A stretch of 62,000 nucleotides of DNA from Vicugna vicugna (Eukaryota): positions 868,001 through 930,000 of the forward strand of contig MU058714.1 in NCBI GenBank assembly GCA_013265495.1, read 5' to 3'. The stretch's first letter is position 1. Every line of letters begins with the position of its first letter. The position numbers and the translations under genes were made by a program. Below, one piece after another: positions 50,416-60,760 of the stretch. Below the pieces are notes generated by a model. The model saw only the letters and a list, made by a program, of their open reading frames with translations. It did no database searches and was not told the origin of the DNA.

Positions 50416-51739
50416 ACATATACATTTAAATTTCACCTCATAAGGTGCTACAAGAAAAGGCAAGGAAGTCATTTTTGTCCCTCACTCAGCTCATCAGTGC
50501 AAGTGGACTGGCTCCTCAGACCGGGGGTGTATGTGTCGCGTTAGAACCGCGTCACAGACACCCAGGTTTGCGAAGGTGGCACCGGGGGGACTCCTGTTTA
50601 ATGAAGGAGCCACAGAAATGTTCAGTATGGGATTCCTTTAAGAAGAGATTTCTTTTGTTTGTTTAAAGCAGTTGTGATCTCTATTTTGTATGCAGTTCTT
50701 TAATTTGATTTTTAGAAACCTGTGTTTCCCGAGGGCCTGTGGCCTTGGTCCCGAGCGTGTGGGTGGGGTGGGAAGGGGGGCCCTGCGCACATCTGAGCCA
50801 GTAGTCCCGGACGAGACTTTCTCATTTTCGATGTTGAAAGGTTGCTTCTTGTGTCTTTGCTTTTTTATTACACTGTTTTATGGGAGCAGAGGTAGATTCA
50901 AAATCAGGGGAATATAGACAGAATTTGGCCTCAAAAAAGAGTGCTTAAACCCGAATTAGGCCTGTGGCTCAGGGTCACACACGGTGTTCACACCTTCCCA
51001 GTCCCACTGAAACCAGCGGCGGCCGCGCCCGCAGACCCGGCCCGGAGGGGCCTGTTTTGTTTAAGGGTCTGGTTGCAAGAAATCTGTTTGATGTGCTTCT
51101 TGCGAGGTTTATTGTTCTCATCTTCCCAGCCGTCCCTGGGAGGGGGGTTATAGGCAAACCGGGTTTTCCTTTTCTTCCACAACTCGATTCCCCCACCCCT
51201 CCTGTGGCGTAGCTACTCTGTTTGCTGTATGTTCTAGTTTCTGACTTTCTTCATAAATTATGCATTTGTGTAGCTTCGGCTCTGCTCAAAGTTTTTGCTT
51301 GATGCTCTGAATCTTAATGAGCACTGCTGGGAATTGGGTGGCTTTGCCTCAAACGGGGGAGTTGTGAGTGTTGTGGCATGGATGGTAGGGCTGGTCTTGC
51401 TTCCCGTTTCTTTTCCATCACGCTCGGTGGGTCACACTGGAAGCAGTAGGAGTGAGTCAGACTCAGTCTGGGGAGCAGAGAGCAGTGATTGGCCATTTAA
51501 CCTGCTAACTCTTCATTCTGCAGAGCAGCCTGGGTGTCACTGCGCGGCGGCCTGTGAATTACACTCAGGTTCGATCCGCTGTGTCTTTTAAAAAATAGAT
51601 GGTTTATCAGATCAATTAAGGAGGAAGAAGCCGAAAAAGGACTTCTCTGTGATTTTGTTTTGAATTCTTTGGTGAGAAGCATTAATGTATTTTTAAGCAG
51701 CAGGGTGACAAGCCGTACACAGAGGCTTTCAAGCAGGGG

Positions 51740-52015
51740 CGGTGAATCTGCAGTTCCAAAATCCAAAAGCTCCAAACACTGGAAGTATTCTCATAGCTCA
51801 TTTGGTAGCAAAGCTGGATGTGACCTGGTGTGAGGCTGCTGATAGTGGACATCTTTGCACGTCACGGGGGAGATTTTGATGGTTTTGAATAGACTGTTAC
51901 TCCAGACCCTTCCCTGTGTGTTATACGAGGTATGGGGTATGTACCATATTATCCTTCAGAAAGTCTGAAAAATCCTGAATTTCACAGCACATTTGGCACC
52001 AGAGGATTGTACGGG
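51740..52015. mobile_element. MER46C-like TcMar-Tigger MITE
   Basis: aaatccaaaagctc, ctcatttggtagcaaa, ccagacc and gaaaaatcctgaattt...cacatttggc match the remembered MER46C layout. Confidence 0.65.
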
Positions 52016-52514
52016 AAGCTGCCCAGGCTGTTAGAGCAGCGTCGGGCCCTCACTGCCCCGCTGCCCCCAGCCTCTCCCACCTCGTAGCCAAGGTGCAGTT
52101 GAGACCTCTGGGTTGGGCTCAGAAGCACAAGGCAGCCTGCTCTGTGCCTTTAGGGGAGTTTCCAGTGTGGCCAGAGAGCTCGGTCCTGGAGTCAGAACTC
52201 TTAAGGACCAGACAGACCTCGGAGTCTGAGACGTCATCCGCATCATTTTTGGGTGAGTGGATTAACTGTTCAGGAGACGCTGGAGCTAGCTGACGTGTCC
52301 ACGGCCACACGTTCTCAGTGGCCACCTGGTGTTTCAGACCTTCTCAGGATGAGTCTCTTCAAATTCAGAATTAACCTTAGGGATGGGACTGTCACTTTCG
52401 ATCATGTCGCATTGGAGAAGAAATGTTTTAAAGTCCAAAACGGTTATTTTATGTACTTTTATGCAACTTTTGGTACACTAAATTTGATGGCCCTTACATT
52501 TGTTCTTTTTGCTT

Positions 52515-52605
52515 ATTTTTTTTTTAGGTGGAGGTACTGGGGAATTGAACCCAACACCTCGTGCATGCTGAGCACACACTCCACCGCTGAGCTGCACCCT
52601 CCCTC
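52515..52605 (-). mobile_element. Short vic-1-like tRNA SINE
   Basis: Reverse tRNA head ggaggtactggggaattgaacc...ctgagctgcaccctccc with a T tail. Confidence 0.85.
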
Positions 52606-52919
52606 AGCACTTCTATTTTCTTAGTGCTGTAACTATATTATTAAAAACCACGAATGTAGAATTTTTGTGATAAGGTTACCATAGAAATGAAAATAAAATA
52701 CCAAAAAGACACTTTAGGGTATAGCTAAGAATTAAAAATTCGCCAACGCCATTAAAATTTGCAGGGGGGCCCAGACATTTGATTGGCTTAAGGACACTTA
52801 CTGGTAATATCTTTTGCCCAGCCGTGGAGTTAAGCTGGTAGCTAGGTGTTAGGCCAGATCCACGCTTGTAGTTCAGTATATTGTTGAGACTCTCCCTTTT
52901 GCTTTTTTAAAAAGGGACA

Positions 52920-53690
52920 GGGCGGCGAGCTGGCCTGGGGGTGTGGCGTAAGCGGGAAGAGTCAGACGAGCTTCCTTCGCATCCTCATGGCGGAGCGCAG
53001 CGCACTCAGCCTTCCCTCCCAGGGCCCGGCGCCCCGGTGCCCGCCCTCCAGGCCGCCGCCGCCGCCGAGGTGCTGCGGGCGGTGCCTCTGCGGCTGCCGT
53101 CTGGGGTGACCGAGGCTGCGCCGCCGGGGCGGGCGGTGCCGCCCGGCGGGACTCGAGCCGAGCTGGTGCTTCCGGGAGTGTTTCTGTCTAAGGACTCGGG
53201 CCTCGGCGGTCACGATGCTTATGATTACATCAGAGACCGGGATTTGCCTGAGCGTTGCCTGTGTCAAGTTCCTTACCTGCAGTTGTAGAGGTGCGGGTGC
53301 AGTTTGTCTAGCGTGTCGGCCGGGGCAGGAGGACGAGGGTTAGGGCCAGAGACCACTGAAATGCCCCCCCGGCCCCACGGAGACGGGGAGGAATAAGCAG
53401 ACCCCCGGTTCCGCCCTGGCACCCGCAGGCAAAGCCCAGCTCCCTGAGGTCCTCCCTGGGGGCGGCACCGCCTCCTGGTCTGGTTCGCGGCCGTGGGGTC
53501 GCCGCCCGGCGCCGGCCAGGCGGGGTGAGCCCTGGAGTGCGGGCCCTTCAGCCCAGGAGCCGTCGGGCTGTGCTGCCTGGAGGTGCGAGGAGGGGCGGCG
53601 GCGGGGTGCCCGAGGGCCCAGCAGCGCAGAGCCCGCGGCTCCCCTTCCCCTGCCCCCTGGGGTCCACCCCCGGTGACGGACGTCTGAAAG
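52920..53690. promoter_or_regulatory. Intragenic CpG island
   Basis: About 770 bp of very high GC and CpG content between AT-rich flanks; (GCC)5, GC boxes and an ETS-like CTTCCGG. Confidence 0.65.
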
Positions 53691-55134
53691 GAACACAGCT
53701 ATGAGGAGTGGTTCTCGTCGCAGGTCGAGACAGACTAGGCTGTGCGGTGCAGCAGACGGTCAGCAGAGACCCCGATCACACAGGACACTCCCCCCACGGA
53801 AGCCTCCCGTCCACCCAGAGTGGCCGGCGGGAGGGCTGAGGAAGGCGACCCGGAACTCGCCCCAGGGTTGGAATCTAGGCGGCGTGGCGACCTCAGAGTC
53901 CCCGTTACAGAGCACGGGGAAAATGCCCTTGATTTAAAACTGGTGAGGGTGTTAGTAGCTGTTCACCATGGCTGAAGGAAGGACGCAGGTCTCTCCAGAA
54001 ACTTAATTTTAGGCAGCTTAGCCTCAGACTGAGTTTGCTATAAATAATCAGCTGTATGGGATTATTGACACTGACCAATTAAATGCTGGAAAATGACTAA
54101 CAACTAAAACTTTTGTTACTGTCTGATCGATTTTTCAGCCCTTCCCCCGACATTCGGCCAAGGGACCACTTGCGTCTTACGGTTCAGAATGAGAAGATTC
54201 TGGCCTGTGTTCCTCTCTTCAGTATGTCTTTGGAGGCAGGGGTGCAGTTCCTTTAAAAAGTGAAATTATTATAACTAAATGTTTTTTTTTAAGTGTTGGG
54301 AGAGGAGAGACAAAAACACTTTTCTTTCCCCTGTACAAGTTTCAGTTCTGTTGTGAATGGAAGACTGTTTTCTTGATGTAATAAAGACTGTCGTATGTCA
54401 CATCAGTAACCATCATCACTTTTAATGATGAGACATTTATGACAGTTTTATTAAAACCAGGTGCAAAGATCACCACTATCATCATTTTGTAATTGTTAGT
54501 AACGTGATTTGGGGGGATCTGGGCAACGCCATGGGACCTAAAAGAGAAAAAGAGGAATGATCTGTTGGAATGAGGTAGACTAGTCATTATTCACAGACAG
54601 TCTATTTTTACACTGACAAAATCTGAAGGGAGTCACCTAAAGCCAGTTATGTTTAATTAAGATTTAGTGAAGTGACTAAGCATTATTCTGCTGTATAAGC
54701 AATTATCAGTAAGAAACTGCTCTGGGCAAGATACACGTATAGCAGCGGATTACCCCCAGATATTCACAAGCTACCCAGGAACAATCTTCAAAGAAGCGAA
54801 CAAGCCTTCTTGGCGAAGAAAACTGGAAAAACATTGCTGAGAGAAGTTAAAAGAACATTTGAATAGGCAGTGAAGCACGCTGTGTTCCCACACGGAAGAG
54901 CAGACCATCGTAAGGCGGTCATGTCTTGCCAAGTTTAGTTTATATGCTTAATGTAATTTTTTGTGTGTCTTGAATCCATTTTTATTCATTTAACATTTTA
55001 AGAATTAAACTAAGCGTCATTCTATTCAGAGTATATAATGATGTGCTTAAGCTAAATTCCTTTATTTGCTTAAAATTTAGGTCATTCTGACTTGTTTTCT
55101 AGGATAAGAAATGCTGTAAAGAAAATCTTTACAC

Positions 55135-55284
55135 GGGGCGGGGGGGAGGGTTTAGCTCAGTGGTAGAGCACATGCTTAGTGTGCACAAGGCCCTGGGTTC
55201 AATCCCCAGCACCTCCTCTAAAAATAAATAAACCTAATTACCTCCCCCCACCAAAAACTTAATTAATTAATTAATTAAAAAAGA
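55135..55284 (+). mobile_element. vic-1-like tRNA SINE with 13-bp TSD
   Basis: TAGCTCAGTGGTAGAGC...GGGTTCAATCCCCAGCACCTCC; TSD AAAATCTTTACAC at 55122-55134 and 55285-55297. Confidence 0.92.
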
Positions 55285-56001
55285 AAAATCTTTACACCTA
55301 GAAAGTTCTCCCTTATTATATTTTGTATTTCCTGTGACAAGTTCTCATGTGTGGAATTACTGGATCAAAGAAGACAATTTAAAATACTCAGTGTTATCAA
55401 CAGGCAGTTTGATTAAAAACTTTAATCACAATTTCTATGGGATTAAGAAACTGAATAACAATTAGTTTGGGAAAAAATAGATGAATATAAATACAGCCAG
55501 GTAAAAGTTAGAAAAGATTGTAAGGAAGAAAACTAGGCTCTCCCAAGTGTTGTGAAAACTGTGAAGATAAATTATGTTAATCAGTTGGGTGTGTGACCCA
55601 GAGCTAGAATCTGGTCTAGGGGGACCTGTATGCTAAGGGAGTCACCCCAAGCCTGTGAGTTTGGGGAGATTATTTAACAGGGGGAATTGGCACCATTGCA
55701 TAGATTTTTGAGAAAAAAACAATCCTCATCTTGCACCATGTACCAAAGTCACATCCAGAGGGGTTAAAAGGGTTCAATGTAAAACCAGTGAACGCTCTCG
55801 AGGAAACTCCTGTGTTCACTCTCTGGGCAGCCGGGCTGCTCTGGGCAGGGCTGGTCCGGGCTCTGCCGGAGGAAGACAGGGGCCACGGGCTCTGCTCTGA
55901 CCGGGCCCCGGGGCCTCCCTGCGGGGCTGGTGAGGAGCCCCCAGGCAGAGGCCTAGGCGGTCTTGCAGGGGTCTTGCAGGACCGGGGTAAGACCTGACGG
56001 C

Positions 56002-56549
56002 CGTGGGGCGTAGGCCGGGGTTGGCGCTATTGAGGTGGGAGGTCCCATAAAAAAGACCAGCAGGACCCCCAGGCAGGGCCACTACTCTCCTGCCGGCACC
56101 ATCTGGCCCAGCGGCTTTATCTCACTTTTTGCCTGGGAAACGGTTTACTTCTAGGAAAGTGGAACTTACCCCTAAAATTCTATTGGTTCTCTGAGCTAAC
56201 TCCTGATTGGTCCATTTGTAGTGCTTTATTTGCATGGAGCTCACTCCTGATTGGTTACTTCTTTCACTCCTGATTGGTCCAATTCTCTCATTCCTGATTG
56301 GTCCATTTTTACAACGCTTGTTCCTAATTAGTCAACTTCTGTTACACCTTATTTGCATATGATGTTGCAAAGTGTAAACTGGCAGCCTATAAAAGCCTGT
56401 GTAAACTTACAGCCGTGGTCCAGAGCTTGGAGTGTTAACTTCTCTGGGCCCGCTGGTGTAATAAACCTGAGTTCTCAACTCTCTGAGTGCTGCTTGGTCT
56501 CACAACTGAGCTGTAACACGCTTTTCTGCAACACTGCAAGGCTTTAACA
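56002..56549 (+). mobile_element. Solo ERV LTR, sense to RPTOR (boundaries approximate)
   Basis: U3-R-U5 layout: tandem TCCTGATTGG repeats, two ATTTGCAT octamers, TATAAAA (56388-56394), AATAAA (56460-56465) and a terminal AACA. No TSD identified. Confidence 0.8.
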
Positions 56550-57693
56550 GTGTGTCGAGGGGGCCAGACATGAATTCCAAAGGATGCAGGGAATGATTGA
56601 AAACAGGGCGGTGCGCTGATGTGTCTAACAGCCTGGCCTGCGGGAGGTGGGGGCCCCGGAGGGCGGCTGTAGCACAGGTCAGGCATGCTGGTGGCCTGGA
56701 GCCGGGGGTAGTGAGGTGGACAGAATCAGGAGCAGGACTGAGGACGGAGCAGGGGGTCATAGGGGGAGCAGGTGGAGGGGAGACGTTTTCCCCCCCGCCA
56801 GCCTGTTGAAGTGATACCCCCGCTCCCTGTGGAGGTTTGTGGCCTTTGCCTTACTGATGGTGTCTACGAAGAGCACTTGCTGCCTGGCCGGTGCTGAGTG
56901 AGCGTCTGCTGAGCAAGTGAAGGAATGAAGGATGAGTCCAGGTTTCTGGCTAAGCAGCTGGGGAGGGGGTGCTGGCACTCCCTAACGCGGGGACCCTGGA
57001 GCAGGGACTGGGCAGGTGTGAAGGGAGGTGTGTCAGCTGACGGGCACGGGACTTTGGATGTCACTAACAGGAAAGGAGTCCATGGCAAACCCCAGGCCAG
57101 GGAAGTATTTACATCGGGTAACGTGGATGCAATCTGCAATGTGTGGAGAGGAGAGGCCACTAACGTCAGTAAATAAGCGGTGTATAAACACGAGTAGAAA
57201 AGGCACAAACGATAAAAGATACAAATGTTTGAAAAAGAACATTCAGCCTTATTAACACTGAAGAATGCACACTAAATCAAAATGACAACTTTTCTCTCAT
57301 CGAATGATGAACAATTTTAAGTGATGAGTAGAGCACTGAACTGGTCAGTGTTAATCTGTGCAGAGTTTTTGCAGAGCAATTTGGCAGAATGTATTAAGTG
57401 TCTAAAAATGTTTATATCTTTTGATCAAAGAATTCTATTTCTGGAAGCATCTCACAAGGAAGCCCAAGAAAAGCCTCTCCTGCCATGTGCCCCCTGCCCC
57501 CATACCTGCCTTTGAGACCCCATCTCCTGGGAAGGGGGCTACTTCTGACGTGCCGCTGGGGCAGCACAGGTCCCCGGCGCGTGAGGGTCTGGCTGGGGAG
57601 GCAGGGCCTCGCCGGGCTGGGAATGCTGTAACGCCTGCAGCTGCACCTGTGTGTTCCACACTGAAGTGCGTGTCTCTTCTCTCCCACCCCCAG

Positions 57694-57796
57694 ATGAAGA
57701 CGGTCAGCGTCGCCTTAGTCTTGTGCCTGAACGTCGGCGTGGATCCCCCCGACGTGGTGAAGACCACCCCCTGTGCGCGTTTGGAATGCTGGATTG
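57694..57796 (+). CDS. RPTOR: Raptor coding exon 2 (aa 55-88 plus 1 nt; start of the conserved N-terminal RNC domain)
   Basis: Pyrimidine tract plus CAG acceptor (57691-57693). The 103-nt exon encodes [34 protein letters not shown], in frame with exon 1; donor TTG|GTAAGC at 57797. Confidence 0.98.
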
Positions 57797-58249
57797 GTAA
57801 GCGTGGGTCCCTCCCTTGCGGCCTGCCCCGGGGGCCACCGTGTGGGGGTCTGGGCCTGGGGGCTCACTTTCCGCTGTCCCCGTCCAGTGGGGGCCTGCCA
57901 TTGGTCTGTGTGAACCTGAAGACTTCCTTTCCTTTTGCAGCTGTGGGACAAACTGGGAGCTATTTTAGGCACACCCACCTGTGGCTTATAGTGGAGCAAG
58001 TGTCTTGGGAAGGTCAGCAAGGCCACGCGTGCTGGGCTGCGTCGTTTGCTCTTTAAACGCGTCCTGCACCTGGCACGTGGCCGCAGCTCCAAGCACTTGG
58101 AGTGGGAGGACGGAGGGCCGCTCACGTCAGGCCTCAGCTGCACGGGGAGGGCTTGCCTGGCTCTTCTCGGGCGGAGGTGTGTGCTGGGCCTGGGCGCCGT
58201 CCTTGCCATCCTCGGGAGCGCCCGGCGCAGCGGCGCGACTGGACTGGGG

Positions 58250-58820
58250 GCTGTGCGAAGCCTTCTCATTCCTAATCTTGGGGAGAAAGCGTTTGGCCCT
58301 CACCACTACCTACCACGTCAGCCGGAGCTTTTTCAGATGCTTTTTACGAGGTAAGAAGTTCACTTCTATTCTTAGCTGGCTGAGAGCTTCTGTCAAGAGT
58401 CAATGTCGACTCTTCTAAAATGCTTTCTCAGCATCCGTGGAGGTAACCACCTGGTGTTCTTTTTCAGTCTCTTGATGTGGTAAATTACATTGACTGATCT
58501 TTGGTCGCTGAGCCAACCTTGACTTTCTGGCACAAGCCTCACTTTTGTTGTCTCTTCTTTTCCTGTCCCTGGATTCGGGTGCTCGTGCCTGTGACGGAGT
58601 TCTGCGTCTCTGTTTACGAGGAATACTGGTCTGTAGTCTTCTTATCTTGCAACGTGTTTGGTTGTGGTCCCAGAACAGCACTGGCCTCATTAAATGAGCT
58701 GAGAGCTAGCCCCACCTTCTCTGTTTCATGGAAGTTTGTGCTGAATTGTGTGTCACTTCTTCGCTCAAGTTTGGTGTGATTTCCGATGAAGTCCTCGCGG
58801 CGTGGATCTGCCTTTGCCTC
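58250..58820 (-). mobile_element. Ancient antisense L1 ORF2 fragment
   Basis: Minus strand gives STDAEKAF (L1 RT: SIDAEKAF); plus strand shows ttcctaatcttggggagaaagc and ggcctcattaaatgagctg. Confidence 0.75.
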
Positions 58821-60499
58821 CATTGCTCGTTGTCAGGCTTCCCTTGTTGGCAGGATTGGGGCGACGCCCTCTCTACGCCCTCTCCCTGATTTCGCCAACC
58901 TGAGCAAAAGCAGAAATCCTCTTTGCTTTGAATAGTAAAAGTTATAAACTATTCCAATCGGAACTGGAAAAGAATACGTTGTTTCTCCCCCTTTACTCAC
59001 CGGACTAGCTGCTGGGGGTGCCTTAGGGTGACAGCCACCAGCCGCAGCCGGGCCCTCGCCCCACGCCCAGCGAGACTCCGGCCTCCGAGGCCGGCTTTCT
59101 TAGAGGCTCTCCTGGCCCTGTGCCTTCTTCCGGTGACTGTGCCGCCTGACACTGGCTTCTTGTTAGTCACCACTGACTGTTCCCACTTCATTTATCCCTT
59201 GAGAAAGCTGAATTTAATCCGTTGTTTTCTGTTTCCTCCCTCTTTCACTGCTCTTGCATTAGGTTTTTTAAGACAGGGCTTCTCAGCCTGGCTCCCAGTG
59301 TGGACTCCTGGGGAGGCGGGAGCCGGCGGGGCTGTGTGGGTGTTGGTGTCTGAGTGCAGAGTTGCACCTTCCAGGCCCAGGGCCTTGTTTGTTATTAGAT
59401 TCCCTGGGGGCCCTTCACCTCCTGCCCTCCCCACCGAACAGAAACCAAGAGAACCCTCCCTCACCTCTCACCATCTCCTTGGTCAGTATTTATGGGACAA
59501 TGTTAATGAGAATGAAAAGAATTCCTTCCTTCTTGGTGTGAAAAATCCAGAAAATGAATCGATTTTTTAATATTGTGTTCTTAACAATTTTCTGCAATTC
59601 AGGAATGTAACCTACTTTGTAATGATTTCGGTGGATTTTGAGTTCAAAAGGGCACATGCCTTTTCTAAGTTGAACATTTTCCATTTGGTCTTTATTGAAA
59701 AGTGGGTCCTCGTGATGGCGATTTTAGCAATGTGGTACGGGAAGAAGAGACTCTCAGGGATTCGATTCAGCAGGTTTGCAGTGGGTCTAGCAGCCTGTGT
59801 TCTAATGTATATTTTGAAAAAAAATTTCAAAAGTTGCAAGTACAGTGCTAAGGACCTTTTTTCTGATTCATTGGAAAGTAAGCTGCTGAAACAGTGCTCC
59901 ACCCTCCGAACCCTTTAGTGTGCGATCCCTGCAAAGGAGGTTTCTCTCCCGTTGAGACAACGCGGCCATCACAGTCAGGATTAAGGCCCCATGGGCAGGA
60001 GTGCCGCGGGAGACCCGCCTCCTCGTGGCGGGTGGCTGTCGGCTGGCGCATTGCCGGGCGTCACCGCTCTCGCCACGCGACTGCAGTGCTGCCTGCACTT
60101 CCTGGGGCCCCCCTCGCCCTTTGTGGTTAGTGTTCCGAGGGAGGAGGTGCCTTGACTGTGTGAATACTCCCTTCCTTGTCAGACTTTCAGTGTATTCAAC
60201 TTGAACTCACGGTGTCCTTTTTCGTATTTCATATTGTAGCTTTATATCCCTGTTTTATATTCTGATCAGTGGATTATAGTCCAGAATTACCGTCATCTCT
60301 CTCTATATGAGGCCTGTTTCCCACTCAGCTGGTGGGAACCCACTCCCACCAGCTTGAGTCGCCTTTCGTCCATCATCCTGGAGGGCATCCTCACTTCTGT
60401 CTGTCTTGCTGTCCCTGCCCCATTCCTGGGATCGGCACCCCCTGAGGAGCCCAGGTCCTTCTGGGGGCGTAGGGCGTGTGGAAGCCAAGGGCTGGCTCT

Positions 60500-60760
60500 G
60501 GGTGTTCTCTTTGGGGCTGTCCAGCGTGCGGTTGCTCCCGGCACCTCTCTCACTGGACAGAGCCAGGGAACGCACGTGTGCGTAACGTGTGTGTTTCTGT
60601 GCACACACACTCGTCTGCGTTTCATTACTGCCTGTGTGCAGCGAGGCCTACGCTTACACTCGTGCCTCCCACTCCAGTCCCCAGCAGGGACTTCCCGTTT
60701 TGTAGCTCCTCCCCGACAGTGAGAGCCTTGGTGTCCTTTGTCCCCATTGTGGTTTCTAAG
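60500..60760 (-). mobile_element. Old L1 3'-UTR fragment (L1MC/MD-like)
   Basis: tggacagagccagg and ctcctccccgacagtgagagcc motifs. Confidence 0.4.

Larger units (their letters stand above)
54500..57460 (+). mobile_element. Ancient sense-strand L1 (L1ME-like) ORF2 relic, interrupted by younger inserts
   Basis: gtcattattcacagac (relic of LFADD), accatgtaccaaagtcacatccag and gagcaatttggcag...tttgatcaaagaattctatttctgga occur in L1 order. Confidence 0.55.
5713..57693 (+). other. RPTOR: RPTOR intron 1 (51,981 bp, GT-AG, phase 0)
   Basis: Lies between exons encoding contiguous Raptor residues (KDR|MKT). Confidence 0.95.

Noticed and set aside
55141..55217. Apparent tRNA-Ala gene (also near 2200, 2495, 38430 and 52535)
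   Set aside because: SINE heads with a shared non-tRNA tail, A-rich ends, TSDs and divergent stems; not functional tRNA genes.
56195..56335. Spaced TCCTGATTGG direct repeats resembling a CRISPR array
   Set aside because: Repeats are only about 10-13 bp with irregular, related spacers, in a mammalian LTR U3 region with no cas genes.
57421..58056. 211-aa ORF containing exon 2
   Set aside because: Only 57694-57796 is Raptor; the flanks are intronic and the listed start is not an ATG.
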